64,000 nucleotides of DNA from Chloroflexota bacterium (lineage in GTDB: Bacteria > Chloroflexota > Limnocylindria > QHBO01). The position numbers and the translations under genes were made by a program. Position 1 is the first letter of the stretch; every line of letters begins with the position of its first letter. The notes beneath the pieces are model-generated. The model saw only the letters and a program-made list of their open reading frames with translations. It did no database searches and was not told the DNA's origin. Positions 28,170 to 37,818 of the stretch are shown one piece after another. The DNA is taken from NCBI GenBank assembly GCA_039933775.1, contig JBDTNK010000001.1:5938-69937 (forward strand). Direction: 5' to 3'.

Positions 28170-29092
28170 CCGTGCCGACCGCTGGGCCGGTTTTCATCAC
28201 CGGACTCGATCACGGTGGCAAGACGCCGCTGAGGGTCGTGCTCGACAGGATTCCCACCCTGGCGCTCTTGCGGCGAGCGTATCTGTGGACCTGGTTCGAC
28301 GGCCGCTTTGGGCCACTCGCCGAACCAGCGAATTTGCGGCGCTGTGTCGCGGCGCTGAAGGCTCACCGCGCGCTTGCGAGCCTGGACCTCGACGTGGGCA
28401 AGATCAGCCGTCAATTCGCGGAGGGACCTGCGAGCTACGATCATCTCTTTATGCTCATCGGCCAGGCTTACGCCGAGTCCCGCGGCGCCTCGCGCTGGGG
28501 CATGCAGGAGTCGAACCTCGAGCGTCATGCCGCGCGATTGCTGTCGAGCGATCCGTCGACGCGCATCGTCCATCTCGTGCGGGACCCCCGGTCGTGGTAC
28601 GCGGCGGTTTCCGCGGATGCGGCGCGCCGAGGTGGCATCGGGGTCGCCGCCGCAGTCTGGGGCCGTTCGAGCCGGCTCGCGCTGCGGCTCGCCGCCCACC
28701 ACCCCGGACGCTATGGGCTCGTGCGTTACGAGGACTTCGCCGCTGACCCGGCTGCAACCGTTGAAGGCGTGTGCCGGTTCATCGGCGAGCCAGCGGAACC
28801 GGCGGTGCTGGCCGCCGCGGCCGGACTACGGTTGTCCACCAGTGGCCACGAGCTGCCGGCCAGATGCAGCGTCTATTTCGAGACGGAGCTCGCCGACGTC
28901 ATGACCCGGCTCGGCTACCATGGCGCGTCCGAGCTGCGATGGAGAGACGCAGCGCGATTTCGGCTCCTGACCCGACCCGTGGCGCGCCTTATGGCGACGG
29001 GGTGGTCGGCGACCGAGCGCTGGCCGACCGCCGGAGAGTTGATTCGCGGTCGAGCAACAGCTCGCAAAGTGAGACTGGATGATGCACGCTGA
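28166..29092 (+). CDS. Sulfotransferase (paralog 3 of tandem array)
   Basis: The N-terminus is MTVPTAGPVFITGLDHGGKT. WTWFDGRFGPL and VHLVRDPRSWY are present. ATGA-coupled. Confidence 0.75.
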   Translation: MTVPTAGPVFITGLDHGGKTPLRVVLDRIPTLALLRRAYLWTWFDGRFGPLAEPANLRRCVAALKAHRALASLDLDVGKISRQFAEGPASYDHLFMLIGQAYAESRGASRWGMQESNLERHAARLLSSDPSTRIVHLVRDPRSWYAAVSADAARRGGIGVAAAVWGRSSRLALRLAAHHPGRYGLVRYEDFAADPAATVEGVCRFIGEPAEPAVLAAAAGLRLSTSGHELPARCSVYFETELADVMTRLGYHGASELRWRDAARFRLLTRPVARLMATGWSATERWPTAGELIRGRATARKVRLDDAR

Positions 29093-29096
29093 ACCG

Positions 29097-30113
29097 ATGA
29101 CCGATGCACCGGCGGGGCCTGTCTTCGTCGGCGGCCTGGACCGAACGGGCACGAGCCTCATCTACGCGCTGCTCGCTTCTCATCCGAGCCTGGCAATGTC
29201 GCGCCGCACGAACTGGTGGACATATTTCTACGGGCGCTTCGGCGACCTCGGTGACGATCGCAATGTGGATCGATGCCTCTCGGTCATGCAGCGGTATCGG
29301 CGGCACCGAAAGCTCGATCCAGACTGGGACCGCCTGCGGGCGGACTTCGTCGCTGGGGAGAGGTCGTACGGCCGGCTGTTCGCGCTGCTGGAGGCGCAGC
29401 ATGCTGCTCGCCTCCATCGTCCGCGCTGGGGCGACAAGTCACTTCACACCGAGCGCTACGCGTCGCTCGTTTTCGAGCATTTTCCGGACGCCCGCATCAT
29501 CCACATGATCCGCGACCCCCGCGACCGCTATGCATCGGTGCTCAAGCGGTGGAAGCGGGTTCGTGGCGGCGCCGGTGCGTCGACCGCCGCCTGGATCGCT
29601 TCGATTCGACTGGGCGAGCGGAATCGGGAGCACTATCCGGATCGCTACCGGCTGCTGCGCTACGAGGACCTGGCGGCGGAGCCCGAAGCGACGATGCGCT
29701 CCATCTGCAACTTCATTGGTGAGCCGTTCGAACCGCGCATGATGGGGATGGAGGGAGCTGCCGACTTCCGCGACGCTGGCGGCAACAGCTCGTACGAGCG
29801 ATTTGCGGAGGGAACGATCTCCACCGCCTCCATCGGTCGTTATCGGTCGGTCCTGGATCCAGCCGACCTGGGGTTCATCACGAGCAGCGCCGCAGCCGAG
29901 ATGCGACGGCACGGCTATGAGGTGGGGAGCGAGAAGGCGCCCGCCAGTGGTCGGCTCCGGTATCGGCTCGTCGCCTGGCCGATGAACGCGGTTCGGATGG
30001 CGGGATGGCGAGCACGCGAGTGGCTCTACGACCGGCTGGGACGCGCGCCGGGCTCGGAGACGATGAGCGAGCTCAGCCCGGCGTCGAATACCGCGGGCGA
30101 TCAGGGCACGTAG
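29097..30113 (+). CDS. Sulfotransferase (paralog 4 of tandem array)
   Basis: The N-terminus is MTDAPAGPVFVGGLDRTGTS. WTYFYGRFGDL and IHMIRDPRDRY are present. An alternative upstream ATG lies at 29079. Confidence 0.75.
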   Translation: MTDAPAGPVFVGGLDRTGTSLIYALLASHPSLAMSRRTNWWTYFYGRFGDLGDDRNVDRCLSVMQRYRRHRKLDPDWDRLRADFVAGERSYGRLFALLEAQHAARLHRPRWGDKSLHTERYASLVFEHFPDARIIHMIRDPRDRYASVLKRWKRVRGGAGASTAAWIASIRLGERNREHYPDRYRLLRYEDLAAEPEATMRSICNFIGEPFEPRMMGMEGAADFRDAGGNSSYERFAEGTISTASIGRYRSVLDPADLGFITSSAAAEMRRHGYEVGSEKAPASGRLRYRLVAWPMNAVRMAGWRAREWLYDRLGRAPGSETMSELSPASNTAGDQGT

Positions 30114-31057
30114 CCGTGACGCTCCATGTCAGCGCCGAGGGCCCCTGAGAGGAATCGTGACGCTAGCGGGTGGATGTGGTCGCGCCATCGCTCCGCCGCC
30201 TTCGAGTCGAACCCGTCGCCGGCGTGGCGGCCCGCCGTGTAGCTCGACCCCGTTCGGCGCGCCTCCAGCAGCGATGTCGAGAACGCGATCCCGAGGAATT
30301 CGCATACCCGGCGCAGGGATGCTTCCGGATCCCCAATAAGGTCTTCGAACCGGACGAGGAGATAGCGATCGCCAAGCTCCCGTCGATAGCGACTGTCGAG
30401 CCGCGCGGCTGCACGCCAGGTGATCGCGGTGTGGCCGAGCTCGATCGGCATGAGCGCCGGGTCGCCCACCGCATCCGGCAGCCATGGTAGCCGCCGCTTC
30501 AGCCCCCAACGCCCGTCCTGGCGGCGTCGCAGCTCCGATGTGAAGATCGCCCGCGGATCCCGAAAGGTGTGGATGAACCGTGCGTCCGGGAACCAAGCGT
30601 GCAGCTGCGGGACATCGGCCAGGTGCTCGGGTGTCTTCTCACCGAGCACGAGGGGAGCCTGCTCGCTGCAACGATCCTCGGCGTACAGGGTCATCCCGAG
30701 CACGAAGAGGCTCCGGAGCGTGCGATCGGTCGCTGCCAGTCGCTCGGTGAAGGCCTCGACCGGCACGTTCTTGCGGAGCCAGTTCCAGAGCCCCTTGCCA
30801 CTGAACGAGTCAGGCGTGTACATCTCCACGGCGAGCGCTCTCAATGCCGTGGGATCGCCCGTTCCCTTGAGGCGCTCGGCCAGGCGAAGATGCTTCGCTC
30901 GTCGGAAGAAATGCGTCTCGGGTGCCAGACACACCTGCGACGAACGATTCAAAACGTGCTGGAGCAGGGTCGAGCCGGTGCGGGGGCGGCCCACGATGAA
31001 CAGGTGCGTCGCCTGATGCACCTCAGGCGTCAAAGCTGTACCCGGCGAGCCCCGCAT
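30101..31057 (-). CDS. Sulfotransferase (minus-strand paralog)
   Basis: Contains LFIVGRPRTGSTLL and IHTFRDPRAIFTS. It is convergent with the plus-strand array, overlapping it by 13 nt. The start was chosen at MRGSPG; the track start at 31219 is unlikely. Confidence 0.65.
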   Translation of the reverse strand: MRGSPGTALTPEVHQATHLFIVGRPRTGSTLLQHVLNRSSQVCLAPETHFFRRAKHLRLAERLKGTGDPTALRALAVEMYTPDSFSGKGLWNWLRKNVPVEAFTERLAATDRTLRSLFVLGMTLYAEDRCSEQAPLVLGEKTPEHLADVPQLHAWFPDARFIHTFRDPRAIFTSELRRRQDGRWGLKRRLPWLPDAVGDPALMPIELGHTAITWRAAARLDSRYRRELGDRYLLVRFEDLIGDPEASLRRVCEFLGIAFSTSLLEARRTGSSYTAGRHAGDGFDSKAAERWRDHIHPLASRFLSGALGADMERHGYVP

Positions 31058-31916
31058 GCCTGGCGATACCCGCCTCGATCGCCGTCCGCTGCTCAGCGCT
31101 CCAGTCGACCTGATCACGGGTCCGGGAGGGGCCGCGGAAGAGGATGCCGGCGGCCGCTTGGAGGTAGTCCTCGGGTGCCGGCAGGCCAAGGAGCGTGCAT
31201 AGCACCGCGAGCTCCTCACGCGGGCGCGTCACCAGATCCTCGTGCCGGAGTGTGTGAATCGCATCGGGCTCCAGGCGCTCCCGAAGCCGCTCAATCTTCT
31301 CCCAGTTTCCGAAGTAGCGTTCCAGCCCGCTCTCGAACGTCCGGCCGCTGCGCAGCATCATCGTGCCGATGTTGTCGTACGGATTGCGCACGACGTGGAT
31401 GAAGCGCAGGTCGAGCCCAGCCATCGTTCGCCGCAGTCGATCGAGGAACGCTGGATCGGCGTCGAGGCGCTGCACCGACCGTCCGGCGTCACTGTCGCCC
31501 ACGACGCGCAGCTCCCGATGCCGGCCCTGCCACTGCCCGGGGACCGCATAGCTGTAGACGCTCCCGCCGCGGCCGCGCTTGCGGCGCTCACGCCGATGCT
31601 GGTCACGTGCCACCTTCAGGCAGAGCGCCAGGACCCGGTCGCGGTCGAAGCCGGCAGCGACGTACTTCAGGGCGTCGAGCTCGTCGGAGAGCACGATCTG
31701 CGGATGTGCGTCGAGGAGCGCTCCCACGATGCTGTGCCCCGAGCGCGCATGACCCAGGAACGTGACGAAGGTGCCAACACTGCGAAGCTCGTCGCGATGG
31801 CGGCGTGCGTCACGTGTCGAGATGGCATAGCGCCAGCCCGTGTGCAGCGGCGTGCCCCGGACGAGGTGACGGACGCGCCCGGCGAATGACTCCTCGCCGA
31901 GAGGCAGCTCACTCAT
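31023..31916 (-). CDS. Sulfotransferase-like protein
   Basis: Has the P-loop-like motif FLGHARSGHSIV and the 3'-PB-like motif RFIHVVRNPYDNIG. It overlaps the downstream paralog and the upstream family-2 sulfotransferase. Confidence 0.55.
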   Translation of the reverse strand: MSELPLGEESFAGRVRHLVRGTPLHTGWRYAISTRDARRHRDELRSVGTFVTFLGHARSGHSIVGALLDAHPQIVLSDELDALKYVAAGFDRDRVLALCLKVARDQHRRERRKRGRGGSVYSYAVPGQWQGRHRELRVVGDSDAGRSVQRLDADPAFLDRLRRTMAGLDLRFIHVVRNPYDNIGTMMLRSGRTFESGLERYFGNWEKIERLRERLEPDAIHTLRHEDLVTRPREELAVLCTLLGLPAPEDYLQAAAGILFRGPSRTRDQVDWSAEQRTAIEAGIARHAGLAGYSFDA

Positions 31917-32712
31917 CGTCGCTCGTCACGGCCGGCTCGGCGCTGCGGTGCCGAGCGCGATTCCTGCCGACGATACGAGGCCGCAGGTGGCGCCAGTAGA
32001 GCCCGCCGACGGCGCTCACTGTCGCGTACTGGGCCTCGTGCCAGCGGCTCGGTGGGGCCAGCTCCCAGGACGGCGGCAACTCGTATCCCCAGCGGCGCAT
32101 GTAAGGCCCGAACACGCGGCGAGCGTGGCGCTGCGCCCCCTCGTCGTAATACGTGCTGAAGTCCCGATCGCGCTGTCCGGTCTGGTTGGCGACCGGGAGC
32201 GGTCGGACCGGCTCGACCCCGATCAGGCGCAGCGCCTCAGCGAAGTCATCGGTCAATCGTTCGAAGCGCATCACAAGGTCGAAGCGATCGTGAGAGAGGC
32301 TGGCCCAGGTGTCGAAGGGGAGGGGATAGAAGCGACGGAGGAAGCCGCCGAAATCGCTGCGCCCACGGCGCACGAAGCGGAACGCACTCTCGTCGAGCAC
32401 ACGGTTCACGAAGGGCTTGTGCTTGGGCTGCCGGGCTGGGTCAGTGTACCGGCCCTTGTGATCAGTGCGGAACTTGAAGTAGCGGCTGACCGCGTCATCG
32501 AGCGGGTTGCGGATCGAGGAGAAAACGAAGTAGCGCCGCTCGTCCTCCGTCGCGATTGCGGCGAACTCCTCGTAGGTCGCGTGCTTGTGGAGGATGGGCT
32601 CGCCGTCGTACAGCTCGCGCAGCTCGCGTCGAACGGCGGTCGAGCCGGTACGGGGAAGCTCCACGAAGAGATATCGGTGTTTATGACTGATGATCATTGA
32701 CGCTCGTGGCAC
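31909..32712 (-). CDS. Sulfotransferase family-2-like protein
   Basis: Has the 5'-PSB motif FVELPRTGSTAV and the 3'-PB motif SSIRNPLDDAVSRY. It resembles carbohydrate and Nod-factor type sulfotransferases. Confidence 0.6.
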   Translation of the reverse strand: MPRASMIISHKHRYLFVELPRTGSTAVRRELRELYDGEPILHKHATYEEFAAIATEDERRYFVFSSIRNPLDDAVSRYFKFRTDHKGRYTDPARQPKHKPFVNRVLDESAFRFVRRGRSDFGGFLRRFYPLPFDTWASLSHDRFDLVMRFERLTDDFAEALRLIGVEPVRPLPVANQTGQRDRDFSTYYDEGAQRHARRVFGPYMRRWGYELPPSWELAPPSRWHEAQYATVSAVGGLYWRHLRPRIVGRNRARHRSAEPAVTSDDE

Positions 32713-32832
32713 AGCGAGTCGAAGGGGAAGCGGAAGATAGCACGCTCACCGCGGTCTCACCCGGGATGGTATCGTCCGGCTCCGCGCCCGGCCAGGGCGC
32801 GCTCGGCATGTTCAACGAGACGCGAGGGAGGG
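32713..32832. promoter_or_regulatory. Divergent intergenic region between the minus-strand sulfotransferase operon and the plus-strand glycosyltransferase operon
   Basis: A 120-bp gap lies between divergently oriented operon starts. No motif was identified. Confidence 0.25.
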
Positions 32833-34047
32833 ATGGGGACTGATCCGGAGACCACGGTGCTGCAGGTCGTGGCGAACCTCGACATCGGTGGTGCCCAAGA
32901 GGTGGTCCGCACGTTGTCGCGCTTTCTGCCCGAGTTCGGATGCCGCCCGGTCGTGGTGACGCTGCGCGATGGGCCCCTGCGCGGCGAGATCGAGCGTACG
33001 GGTGTCGCGGTCGAGGTTCTGCCCGGGCGCCGTCACTCGCTCGTTCGCTCCGTCTGCGCGATTCCGGAGCTCGTCCGCCTCAATGCTGATCTCGGCCGCC
33101 TGGCGCGTCGCTACCGCGCCTCCGTCGTGCAGACGCACCTGCTGCGAACCTTGGATTTCGTGGTCCTGCCGCTTCGCGCGCGCGGCGGCGTCCGCGATGT
33201 GTTCTGGACCGTCCACAACGCCCGGCTTGATCTCCGATCCGATCAGCTTCCCGGCGGCGGCCGCCTCTTGGCACCCAAGGTCCGAGCGCACCGCATCCTG
33301 TATCGGGTCGGCATCCGTGGGGCCAGCGGATTCATCGCCGTGTCAGAGGACGCTGCGCGCGCCGTCCGCGACCAGCTCCATCCACCGCCGGAGAAGCTCT
33401 TCACGATTCCGAACGGGATCGACACGGACCGATACGGGGCATCGGTTGACGTCACGGACGTGCGACGCCGAATCGGCGTGCCCGTCGAAGGACCGATGCT
33501 CACGGTGGTCGCCAAGCTGATGGAGCAGAAGGGCCACCGCATCCTGCTCGAGGCGCTGCCGAGTGTGCTGGAGCGCCACCCCGACCTGCAGATCGTCTTC
33601 GCCGGCGAGGGACCGCTCCGCGACGAGATCCTGGCGCTGGTCGAGGCCATCGGGATCGCGAGCCACGTGCATCTCGTCGGCAACCGGCCCGACGTCGCGG
33701 ACCTCCTCGCGGCGAGCGACCTGTTCGTCCTGCCGTCGCTGTGGGAGGGCCTGCCGATGGCGTTGCTGGAGGCCATGGCTGCGCGGCTTCCGGTCGTCGC
33801 CACGTCGGTGTCGGGCAGCCGCGACGTCATCGTCGACGGGGAGAGCGGCCGGCTGGTGCCACCAGGCGACCCCGCTCGGCTGGTGGCCGCGATCATCGAG
33901 ATCCTCGGGGATCCCGCCCGCGCTCAGCGGCTGGGAACGGCGGCCCGGAAGCGGGTCGAGGCCGAGTTCAGCGGCCGGACCCAGGCGCGCCGCCATGCGG
34001 CGCTCTTCCGACGCGACGCACGCGAACCGGTCGGGGAGGTCGCATGA
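32833..34047 (+). CDS. Glycosyltransferase family 4
   Basis: The C-terminus has the Glycos_transf_1 signature LFVLPSLWEGLPMALLEAMAARLPVVAT...GRLVPPGDP (EX7E). Confidence 0.8.
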   Translation: MGTDPETTVLQVVANLDIGGAQEVVRTLSRFLPEFGCRPVVVTLRDGPLRGEIERTGVAVEVLPGRRHSLVRSVCAIPELVRLNADLGRLARRYRASVVQTHLLRTLDFVVLPLRARGGVRDVFWTVHNARLDLRSDQLPGGGRLLAPKVRAHRILYRVGIRGASGFIAVSEDAARAVRDQLHPPPEKLFTIPNGIDTDRYGASVDVTDVRRRIGVPVEGPMLTVVAKLMEQKGHRILLEALPSVLERHPDLQIVFAGEGPLRDEILALVEAIGIASHVHLVGNRPDVADLLAASDLFVLPSLWEGLPMALLEAMAARLPVVATSVSGSRDVIVDGESGRLVPPGDPARLVAAIIEILGDPARAQRLGTAARKRVEAEFSGRTQARRHAALFRRDAREPVGEVA

Positions 34048-35330
34048 ACAGCGATGGAAGTGGCTCGAGCGACGCGGACCGGAGTACGCTGACGGACGGG
34101 CCGTTGCGGCTGACGTACCTGATGGGCCGCTACCCCGTCCTCACCGAGACCTTCATTGACCGCGAGATCCTGCGGCTCATCGATCGAGGCGTGGATCTTC
34201 GGATCATCTCGATCCGGCAGCCTGACCACAATCTCTCGCCGCGCCAGCATGACCTCCGCAAGCGTGTTTCGTACCTCCTCCCCGTGTCTTTCGGGTCGCT
34301 GGTGGCGGCGCATGCCACGGCGATGGTCACGCGGCCACGGACCTACTTCGGGACGCTCGGCTGGCTGCTGACACGGCGTCATCCGCGCCGCACGCGGCTT
34401 CGGACGTTGCTGCATTTCGGGACCGGCGTCTATGCCGCGTGGAAGCTGCGCGATCGCAAGGGCGTCCACGTTCATGCCCATTTCGCTGACCGTGCGGCGA
34501 CCGTGGCACTCGTGGCGAGCCGGCTCATCGACGCCCGCTACAGCGTCACGGCCCACGCGCGCGAGATTTACGTCGCTCCGGTGCTGCTTCCCGAGCGGAT
34601 TAGCCAGGCGGCCTTCACCGCGACCTGCACCGAGTACAACCGGCGGCACCTCGCGACGCTCGTCGACGCCAGCACTGCGCAGCGCATCCTGCGCCTCTAC
34701 CACGGCCTCGACCTGAGTACGTTCGATGGGGCGCCGGGTCGCTCCGAGGATCGAGAGCGCCCGCTGCTGCTCTCGGTCGCGCAGCTCTGGGAACGCAAGG
34801 GCCTCGAGGACCTCGTGCGCGCCTGCGGCCTGCTGCGTGATCGCGGAGCCATCTTCGCGTGCGACATCGTCGGCGAGGGTCCGCTCCATGGGCGGCTCGA
34901 GGGGCTCATCCGGCAGCTTCAGCTCGACGGGATCGTCACGCTCACCGGTCCGCTGCGCCATCCCGCAGTGATTTCGCGGCTCGCCGCGGCTCGCGCCTTC
35001 GTGCTGCCCTGCGTCGTGGCGCCCGATGGTGACCGCGACGGCATCCCGAACGTGATCCTGGAGGCGATGGCATCGGGCCTGCCGGTCGTCTCGACCCCAG
35101 TCTCCGGTATCCCTGAGGTCGTTCGGGATGGCGAGACCGGCTTCCTCGTTCCCGAGCACGATCCGCCCGCGGTGGCCGATGCCTTGGAGCGCCTGCTGGC
35201 CGATCCGGAGCTCGCTGGCCAGCTCGGCGAGGCAGGCCGCGCCTTCGTCCGTCGGGAGTTCGATCTCCATCGCAACGTCGATCGTCTGATCGACCAGTTC
35301 GTCGCGTCGAGCATGTCGGCAGCACCTTGA
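34044..35330 (+). CDS. Glycosyltransferase family 4
   Basis: Has the signature FVLPCVVAPDGDRDGIPNVILEAMASGLPVVSTPVSG...GFLVPEHDP. The start is ATGA-coupled. Confidence 0.8.
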   Translation: MNSDGSGSSDADRSTLTDGPLRLTYLMGRYPVLTETFIDREILRLIDRGVDLRIISIRQPDHNLSPRQHDLRKRVSYLLPVSFGSLVAAHATAMVTRPRTYFGTLGWLLTRRHPRRTRLRTLLHFGTGVYAAWKLRDRKGVHVHAHFADRAATVALVASRLIDARYSVTAHAREIYVAPVLLPERISQAAFTATCTEYNRRHLATLVDASTAQRILRLYHGLDLSTFDGAPGRSEDRERPLLLSVAQLWERKGLEDLVRACGLLRDRGAIFACDIVGEGPLHGRLEGLIRQLQLDGIVTLTGPLRHPAVISRLAAARAFVLPCVVAPDGDRDGIPNVILEAMASGLPVVSTPVSGIPEVVRDGETGFLVPEHDPPAVADALERLLADPELAGQLGEAGRAFVRREFDLHRNVDRLIDQFVASSMSAAP

Positions 35331-36376
35331 CCGACACCACGAAGCTGCCGCGCGATACGACGTTCGTCGTATGGGCGGCTCGTCATCGCGGCACCCGGAG
35401 CGCGTGGCTCGCCGCCGAGCTCGGCATCGAGGACCTGCACTACCTCGCGCCGAGCTCCGGGCGTGGGCTTCGGGCGGCGCCGATGAAGTATCCGAGCCAG
35501 CTCGTTCGGACGCTGCGCCTGCTCACGGCGCGCCGTCCGCGCGCCGTCTTCGTCCAGAGCCCGCCGAGCTTCGCGGGCTGGACGGCAGCCGCGTACGCGG
35601 CTGCCTCGGGCGCTGCGGTGGTGGTCGACGCGCACAGCGACGCCTTCGAGCGGGCAATCTGGACGCGCCCCGCGTGGGTCAACCGCCAGATGGCGCAGCG
35701 GATCGCTGCCGTCCTCGTGACTGACGAGCACTGGGCCAGGATCGTTCGTTCGTGGGGTGGGACGCCGATCCTGGTCCCGAACGTTCCGGCACCGCTCGTC
35801 CCCGGCTCCGCTCCGCCACTCGATCCAGAACGCCCCAACGTCGCCGTGGTCAACACCTGGGCGCCTGACGAGCCGCTCGACGCGGTGCTGGCCGCGGCCG
35901 AGCTCATGCCCGGTGTCGCCTTCCACGTCACTGGCCGCAGCGATCGGGTCGGCACGCTCGGTCGACCCATTCCAGCTCACGTCACCTTCACCGGATTCCT
36001 GGACGAAGCGACGTACCTCGGCCTCTTGGCCACCGCCGACGCGGTGGTGTGTCTCACCTCTCGCGACCACACGATGCAGAACGGTGCCGCCGAGGCGCTC
36101 ACCCTCGGCACGCCGGTGGTGACGTCGGACTGGGCCATCCTGCGCAGCTATTTTTCGCGCGGCACCGTCCACACCGACAACAGCGCATCGTCGATCGAAG
36201 CCGGACTGCGGCGGCTCCTTGCGGAGCGCGACGCCTACCGGGCCGAGATCGTTGCGCTGCGCGACGAGCGCCGTCGCAGCTGGGAGGAGACGCGCGCAGA
36301 AGTCATCGAGGCGGTCTGGCGCCGGTTGGCGCCCTCGCCCACGAAACACGACACGAAAGGACTCATTCCGCGATGA
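35327..36376 (+). CDS. Glycosyltransferase (GT4-like C-terminal domain)
   Basis: The C-terminal block is MQNGAAEALTLGTPVVTSD. Coupled on both sides. Confidence 0.5.
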   Translation: MTDTTKLPRDTTFVVWAARHRGTRSAWLAAELGIEDLHYLAPSSGRGLRAAPMKYPSQLVRTLRLLTARRPRAVFVQSPPSFAGWTAAAYAAASGAAVVVDAHSDAFERAIWTRPAWVNRQMAQRIAAVLVTDEHWARIVRSWGGTPILVPNVPAPLVPGSAPPLDPERPNVAVVNTWAPDEPLDAVLAAAELMPGVAFHVTGRSDRVGTLGRPIPAHVTFTGFLDEATYLGLLATADAVVCLTSRDHTMQNGAAEALTLGTPVVTSDWAILRSYFSRGTVHTDNSASSIEAGLRRLLAERDAYRAEIVALRDERRRSWEETRAEVIEAVWRRLAPSPTKHDTKGLIPR

Positions 36377-37689
36377 CGCGAATCAGCATCTTCGGCCTCG
36401 GCTACGTGGGCGCCGTCTCGGCAGCCTGCCTGGCGGATCGCGGCGTCACCGTGGTTGGCGTTGACGTCAGCGGCCTAAAGGTCGAGATGATCAATGAAGG
36501 ACGCAGCCCGATCGTGGAGGAGGGATTGCCGGAGCTGATCGCGGAAGCGGTCACGGCTGGACGGCTGAGCGCCACCTCCGATGTCGCTGCGGCGATCGAG
36601 GCAACCGACCTGTCGCTCATCTGTGTCGGCACGCCGAGCCGCGGCAACGGCGGGCTCGACCTGACTGCCGTCCAGCGCGTGGCCGAGAGCATCGGTCTTG
36701 CGCTTCGCGACAAGACCGCGCCTTACGTCGTGATTGTGCGCAGCACCATGCTGCCCGGGAGCACCGAGACGGTCGTCATCGAGGCGTTGGAGCGCACGTC
36801 GGGCCGATCCATCGGTCCAGACCTCGCTGTCTGCTACCACCCCGAGTTCCTGCGCGAGGGGAGCTCGATCCGCGACTTCCAACATCCGCCCTTCACGATC
36901 ATCGGCGGCGACGACGAGGCGGCCATGGCGAAGGTGGCACAGCTGTACGACGGGATCGAGGCTCCCGTGATCACAACAGGCTACCGAGTCGCCGAGATGT
37001 TGAAGTACGCCTGCAACGGCTTCCACGCCCTGAAGATCACCTTCGCGAACGAGATCGGCCGGGTCTGCAAGGAGCAGGGGATCGACAGCCACGAGGTGAT
37101 GGAGATCTTCAGCCGCGACACGAAGCTCAACATCTCCACGGCCTACCTGCGCCCCGGCTACGCCTTCGGAGGGTCGTGCCTGCCGAAGGATCTGCGCGCA
37201 CTCCTGCAGCACGCCCGTCGCAGCGATGTGGAGGTACCGCTCCTGGCATCGCTGCTGGTGAGCAACGATCGACAGGTCGAGGCGGCGTACGACCTCGTGA
37301 CGTCGGGCGGGGAGCGTCGGGTCGGCGTCGTCGGACTCAGCTTCAAGCCGGGAACCGATGACCTACGCGAGAGCCCGCTGGTGACGCTTGTCGAGCGACT
37401 CATCGGGCGCGGGCGGCAGGTGAAGGTGCACGATCCGAACGTGGCCATGGGACAGGTGCATGGAGCGAACCGCGCCTACATCGCCCAAGAGCTGCCGCAC
37501 GTGGTCTCGATCCTCACCGATTCGCTGGACGAGCTCCTCGACACGAGCGAGGTGATCGTCCTCGGCAACGCGTCGCCAGAGGCGGTCGAAGCCGCGCGGC
37601 GTGCCCGCCCCGAGCAACGAATCGTCGATCTGGCGCGCGCCGTCGAAGCGGTACCCGACGGCGTGGCGTACGAGGGCATTGCCTGGTAG
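36373..37689 (+). CDS. Nucleotide-sugar 6-dehydrogenase (UDP-glucose/GDP-mannose dehydrogenase family)
   Basis: The N-terminus is MTRISIFGLGYVGAVSAACL, the catalytic region is GGSCLPKD, and the C-terminal domain has VGLSFKPGTDDLRESP. Confidence 0.8.
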   Translation: MTRISIFGLGYVGAVSAACLADRGVTVVGVDVSGLKVEMINEGRSPIVEEGLPELIAEAVTAGRLSATSDVAAAIEATDLSLICVGTPSRGNGGLDLTAVQRVAESIGLALRDKTAPYVVIVRSTMLPGSTETVVIEALERTSGRSIGPDLAVCYHPEFLREGSSIRDFQHPPFTIIGGDDEAAMAKVAQLYDGIEAPVITTGYRVAEMLKYACNGFHALKITFANEIGRVCKEQGIDSHEVMEIFSRDTKLNISTAYLRPGYAFGGSCLPKDLRALLQHARRSDVEVPLLASLLVSNDRQVEAAYDLVTSGGERRVGVVGLSFKPGTDDLRESPLVTLVERLIGRGRQVKVHDPNVAMGQVHGANRAYIAQELPHVVSILTDSLDELLDTSEVIVLGNASPEAVEAARRARPEQRIVDLARAVEAVPDGVAYEGIAW

Positions 37690-37818
37690 GGATTACCCGC
37701 GTGGTACTAGCGGCGCGCCGAGACCATTGCTCGGCGCCGGTAGCCCCATTGACCGATACCCGTCGCGCTGGCGCGGACGTAGGCTCCCTGGAGTACCTCA
37801 CCGAGCGGGGAGTCCCTA

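Noticed and set aside
33924-36349. Minus-strand ORFs (448 aa and 476 aa) antisense to the GT4 genes
   Set aside because: The GT4 EX7E signatures are on the plus strand. These are antisense frames.
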